Assembly (NCBI GenBank): GCA_964458035.1
Contig: CAYWFZ010000003.1
Span: 8,297-72,296 of the forward strand
Direction of reading: 5' to 3'
Length of the DNA: 64,000 nt
Source of the DNA: an uncultured Muribaculaceae bacterium
GTDB taxonomy: Bacteria; Bacillota_I; Bacilli_A; RF39; UBA660
A model generated the notes under the pieces. That model was not told the DNA's origin. It worked only from the letters and a program-made list of their open reading frames with translations, and searched no databases. Positions 63,174 through 64,000 of this stretch are shown piece by piece. Both the position numbers and the translations under genes were made by a program. Numbering within the stretch: position 1 is the stretch's first letter; each line of letters starts with the position of its first letter.

Positions 63174-63384
63174 CACTTTCTTTTTGTATGTTATAATTTA
63201 TATATAAATACAAACAAAAAGAAGCAGTCCCCCTGAGAACTGCTTCAAAGAATAAAAAGGGGTTGGCTAGTGTGATACTAGCACCAATTCGCCTGTAAGT
63301 GAATTGGTATTTAATATACTAATTGAAAAGGTGCTTTTTGTCAACACTTTTTTTAATATTTTTGATATTTTTGGAGGTAAAACA

Positions 63385-64000
63385 TGGAATTAAACCAAAT
63401 TAAGGGAATTGGCCCCAAAACAATTGAACATTTGAACAAACTAAATATCTATGATGTTGACTCTCTCGTAAGATATTATCCATATAGATATAACATATTT
63501 ACTCCAAGTAAAATAGATTCATCTACTAGTGATGACGTCATTATAGTTCCAGGTAAAATAATAAGTGCACCAAAAGTATCATATATAAAAAGAAATTTTA
63601 ATAAAGTATCATTTAGTTTTGAAACAGATAATATAATAACAAATGTATCAATATTTAATCGTGCTTTTTTAGCTCATAATTTGATTGTAGGAAAAAAAGT
63701 CACTGTAATTGGTAAATATAATAAATTAAGTAATCAGTTTATAGCATCAGATATATTATTATATGAACTTACAAGTACAAAAGTTGAGCCAGTTTATCAT
63801 ATGACATCAGGAATATCATTAAAAGGTATTCAAAAGTGTATAAATGCATCTTTATCAACAAATATTGAAATAAATGAAATAATACCTAACTATATACAAG
63901 AAAAATATAGTTTAATGGACACTAAAGAAGCTGTTAAAGAAATACATAATCCAACAAGTGCCAGTAACTTAAAACAAGCTCGTCTAAAATTAATCTACGA
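63385..64000 (+). CDS. recG: ATP-dependent DNA helicase RecG, N-terminal part (continues beyond window)
   Basis: LNQIKGIGPKTIEHLNKLNIYDVDSLVRYYPYRY (HhH plus LPRRYED-like), a wedge-domain-like region and IHNPTSASNLKQARLKLIY (RecG ...AxRRLAFxE motif). GGAGG RBS. Confidence 0.6.

Overview
This window covers the chromosomal replication-origin region of a very AT-rich, apparently spore-forming Firmicute, in reversed orientation relative to the usual map. The conserved backbone runs, in window order, gyrA, gyrB, recF, a ComK-like gene, dnaN and dnaA on the minus strand, then a candidate oriC, then rpmH, rnpA, yidC, jag, mnmE, mnmG, rsmG and parB on the plus strand. Upstream of that block sit dnaX, ybaB, recR, holB, yaaT, pth, mfd, metG, tatD and ksgA, in an order that largely mirrors Bacillus subtilis. 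Downstream come a class A PBP, rpoE, prfA, prmC, a spoIIR-like gene, murA, rpmE, rpiB, spoIID, a spoIIQ-like M23 gene and the start of recG.

The non-housekeeping content falls into three groups.

- **parS array.** Ten near-consensus parS sites (TGTTNCACGTGNAACA) are packed into about 650 bp between tadA/ffs and gyrA. The single parB in the window has no parA or noc partner visible here.
- **Atypical origin repeats.** An 8-mer, TTTTCAAC/GTTGAAAA, is repeated about ten times across the dnaA-rpmH and dnaA-dnaN spacers. I did not see a canonical TTATCCACA DnaA box.
- **Secretion locus (119-14,403).** This roughly 14 kb block looks like an expanded SipW/TasA-type locus.
  - A 2,6xx-residue secreted beta-helix repeat protein.
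  - A SipW-type signal peptidase with a roughly 230-residue C-terminal cytoplasmic extension.
  - A second SipW-like paralog that appears to lack the catalytic Ser and His.
  - Two translationally coupled cytoplasmic proteins of unknown function (535 aa and 46 aa).
  - Three TasA/camelysin-like secreted paralogs.

Smaller features include a T-box leader ahead of a NUDIX-metG operon, a minimal SRP RNA abutting tadA, and several sigma-A-like promoters and intrinsic terminators. I found no rRNA, tRNA, CRISPR array or mobile element.
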